A DNA stretch of 64,000 bases from an uncultured Desulfosarcina sp. (GTDB taxonomy: Bacteria; Desulfobacterota; Desulfobacteria; Desulfobacterales; Desulfosarcinaceae), in NCBI GenBank assembly GCA_963674945.2, contig CAXXWQ010000003.1:672001-736000 (forward strand). Reading direction: 5' to 3'. Position numbers and translations under genes: made by a program. This document shows positions 62,154 through 64,000 of the stretch, in pieces; position 1 is the stretch's first letter; each line of letters begins with the position of its first letter. The notes under the pieces are model-generated. The model saw nothing but the letters and a program-made list of their open reading frames with translations. It was not told the DNA's origin and made no database searches.

Positions 62154-63146
62154 ATGAGTGTCAAGAAGCGAGTATTGAGCGGTATGCGGCCCACCGGACC
62201 GCTGCACCTGGGGAATCTTCACGGAGCGCTTTCCAATTGGGTAGAGATGCAGGCGGATTATGACTGTTTCTTCTTCATCGCCGACTGGCATGCTTTGACC
62301 AGCGACTATGAAAACCCAAGCAAAATTACCGGATACGTGAAAGAGATGATGATCGACTGGCTCAGCGTGGGTCTCGATCCGGAAAAAAGCACCCTTTTCG
62401 TGCAATCGAGAGTTCCCGAACATGCCGAACTCTTCATGTTGCTGTCCATGATCACACCGGTGCCCTGGCTGGAGCGAAACCCGACCTACAAGGACCAGAT
62501 TGTCCAGCTGGACAACAAAGACCTTTCCACTTTTGGATTCTTGGGCTACCCTGTCCTTCAGGCGGCGGACATCATCATGTACAAGGCCAATGGAGTGCCG
62601 GTGGGAATCGATCAGGTGCCCCATGTGGAAATCACGCGCGAAATTGCAAGACGCTTCAATTTCCTTTACGGTGATGTATTTCCGGAACCGGAAGCGCTCT
62701 TGACCAAGACGGCCAAAATCCTTGGGTTGGATCGCCGCAAAATGAGCAAATCTTACAATAATGCCATCTACCTATCCGATTCTCCGGATGAAATCGCCAA
62801 GAAGGTGGCCCAGATGGTCACCGACCCCCAGCGAATGCGAAAGGACGATCCTGGAAATCCGGACATTTGCAATGTTTTCGAGTTTCATAAAATTTACTCG
62901 GAAGAAAAGACATGGCAGGCCATCGATCCGCAATGCCGGAATGCTGAAATTGGATGCGTGGCGTGCAAGAAAATCATGGCCGAAAGCCTGATCAAGGCCA
63001 TGGAGCCCATCCGGGAGCGAAGAATCCATTTTGAGAAAAATCCCGAACTGGTTGAAAAGATCCTGACTGCCGGCAGTGAAAAGGCCAGGGCTGTGGCCAG
63101 AAAAACCATGGAGCAGGTACGAAAGGCAATACAAATAAAAGAGTAA
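62154..63146 (+). CDS. trpS: Tryptophanyl-tRNA synthetase
   Basis: SGMRPTGPLHLGN, YPVLQAADI, VPVGIDQ and KMSKS motifs. Confidence 0.97.
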   Translation: MSVKKRVLSGMRPTGPLHLGNLHGALSNWVEMQADYDCFFFIADWHALTSDYENPSKITGYVKEMMIDWLSVGLDPEKSTLFVQSRVPEHAELFMLLSMITPVPWLERNPTYKDQIVQLDNKDLSTFGFLGYPVLQAADIIMYKANGVPVGIDQVPHVEITREIARRFNFLYGDVFPEPEALLTKTAKILGLDRRKMSKSYNNAIYLSDSPDEIAKKVAQMVTDPQRMRKDDPGNPDICNVFEFHKIYSEEKTWQAIDPQCRNAEIGCVACKKIMAESLIKAMEPIRERRIHFEKNPELVEKILTAGSEKARAVARKTMEQVRKAIQIKE

Positions 63147-63194
63147 AGCGACACCATTTACGTTTGGAACGAAACCGTTAGGTCAGGATAACCG

Positions 63195-63953
63195 ATGCCA
63201 TCTTTGACAGACAGCACTTCGGACAGGCCATTGGACGATATGGATGATGACCTGTATCGGGTCAGACTCCAGGACGTTTTTGAAGGTCCCATGGATCTTC
63301 TCGTCCATTTGATCAAAAAGGCCGAGGTCAACATCTACGATATTCCCATCGCCCGGATTACCGATCAGTACCTTGCGTATCTGGAGTGGATGCAGCAGAT
63401 GAACATCGATTTTGCCGGCGATTTCGTCCTGATGGCGTCTACCTTGACGCACATCAAGTCCAAGATGTTGTTACCGGTTTCGGAAGGAGAAGAGGAGGAT
63501 GAGGATCCGAGGCTGGAGATCACCAGACCGCTGCTGGAATACCTTCGAATCAAATCGGCTGCAGAGCAGTTGGCCGAGCGCAACCTTCTGGGCGAAAAGA
63601 CCTTCACCCGGAGCCCCGGCCCGGAGCCGATGGAAGATTTTCAAGACGACCAGGTGATACAAATCGGTCTGTTCGAACTCATCGATGCATTTCAGGCGAT
63701 CCTGAACAAGGTGACACCTGGCCACCGTGTCGATTTTTCCCGTGATCGGGTATCCGTTCAGGAACGGATTACCGAACTCACGGAGCTACTCGAGTTAAAG
63801 TCGTCTCTCACATTCGAAGAGATGTTCGACGGCAGCCAAGAAAAGAGCGACATCATCGTCACCTTTCTGGCAATCCTGGAGATGGCCAAGCTCAACCTGA
63901 TCCGCGTTGCGCAACACTTACCCACGGGAATAATTCGCGTATTTTATCAATAA
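63195..63953 (+). CDS. scpA: Segregation/condensation protein A
   Basis: FEGPMDLLVHLI, IKSKMLLP, EDPR and TFLAILEM motifs. Confidence 0.95.
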   Translation: MPSLTDSTSDRPLDDMDDDLYRVRLQDVFEGPMDLLVHLIKKAEVNIYDIPIARITDQYLAYLEWMQQMNIDFAGDFVLMASTLTHIKSKMLLPVSEGEEEDEDPRLEITRPLLEYLRIKSAAEQLAERNLLGEKTFTRSPGPEPMEDFQDDQVIQIGLFELIDAFQAILNKVTPGHRVDFSRDRVSVQERITELTELLELKSSLTFEEMFDGSQEKSDIIVTFLAILEMAKLNLIRVAQHLPTGIIRVFYQ

Positions 63954-63977
63954 TAACTGTTTTACGACTGGACAGCG

Positions 63978-64000
63978 ATGACTGACGACCTCAAATATAT
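63978..64000 (+). CDS. Possible start of the next gene (scpB expected by synteny), truncated by the window edge
   Basis: ATG ACT GAC GAC CTC AAA TAT just after scpA. Only 7 codons are visible. Confidence 0.35.

Noticed and set aside
50697..64000. Selenoprotein genes near selC
   Set aside because: No gene with an in-frame UGA continuing into recognisable homology was noticed.

Overview
Bacterial chromosomal window. Gene content (type I-C cas, glycyl-radical enzyme, tRNA-Sec, PilA/PilR, hydantoinase-like protein) suggests an anaerobic Desulfobacterales-like organism (inference). Left to right: (1) a minus-strand type I-C cas locus (NYN gene - degenerate mini-CRISPR - cas3 - cas5c - cas8c - cas7c - [HTH gene] - cas4 - cas1, running off the left edge), with cas3 split by an intact IS1380-family element; (2) two double-domain AsnC/Lrp regulators, a lipoprotein PTP-like phosphatase, mltF, a glycyl-radical enzyme with activase and SDR, and a hydantoinase-like gene; (3) a ~20 kb glycan biosynthesis cluster ending in a membrane glycosyltransferase, a VKOR-DsbA fusion and pilA, followed by a PIN TA pair, pilR, lepB, pgpA, larC and selC; (4) an MCP/periplasmic protein/porin module, nifU/iscU with an atypical lysine-less iscS, marR-proVWX, trpS and scpA. 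The main finding is a one-spacer CRISPR-like RNA at 9722-9811. It keeps an intact type I-C 5' handle, and its spacer seed matches a TTC-PAM-flanked site (10632-10648) upstream of a NYN/PIN-fold RNase gene at the head of the cas operon. This suggests Cascade-guided repression of a cas-embedded nuclease and/or of the cas operon itself. A separate two-hairpin small RNA appears to be encoded divergently just upstream of that nuclease. All calls come from reading motifs by eye; no searches were run.
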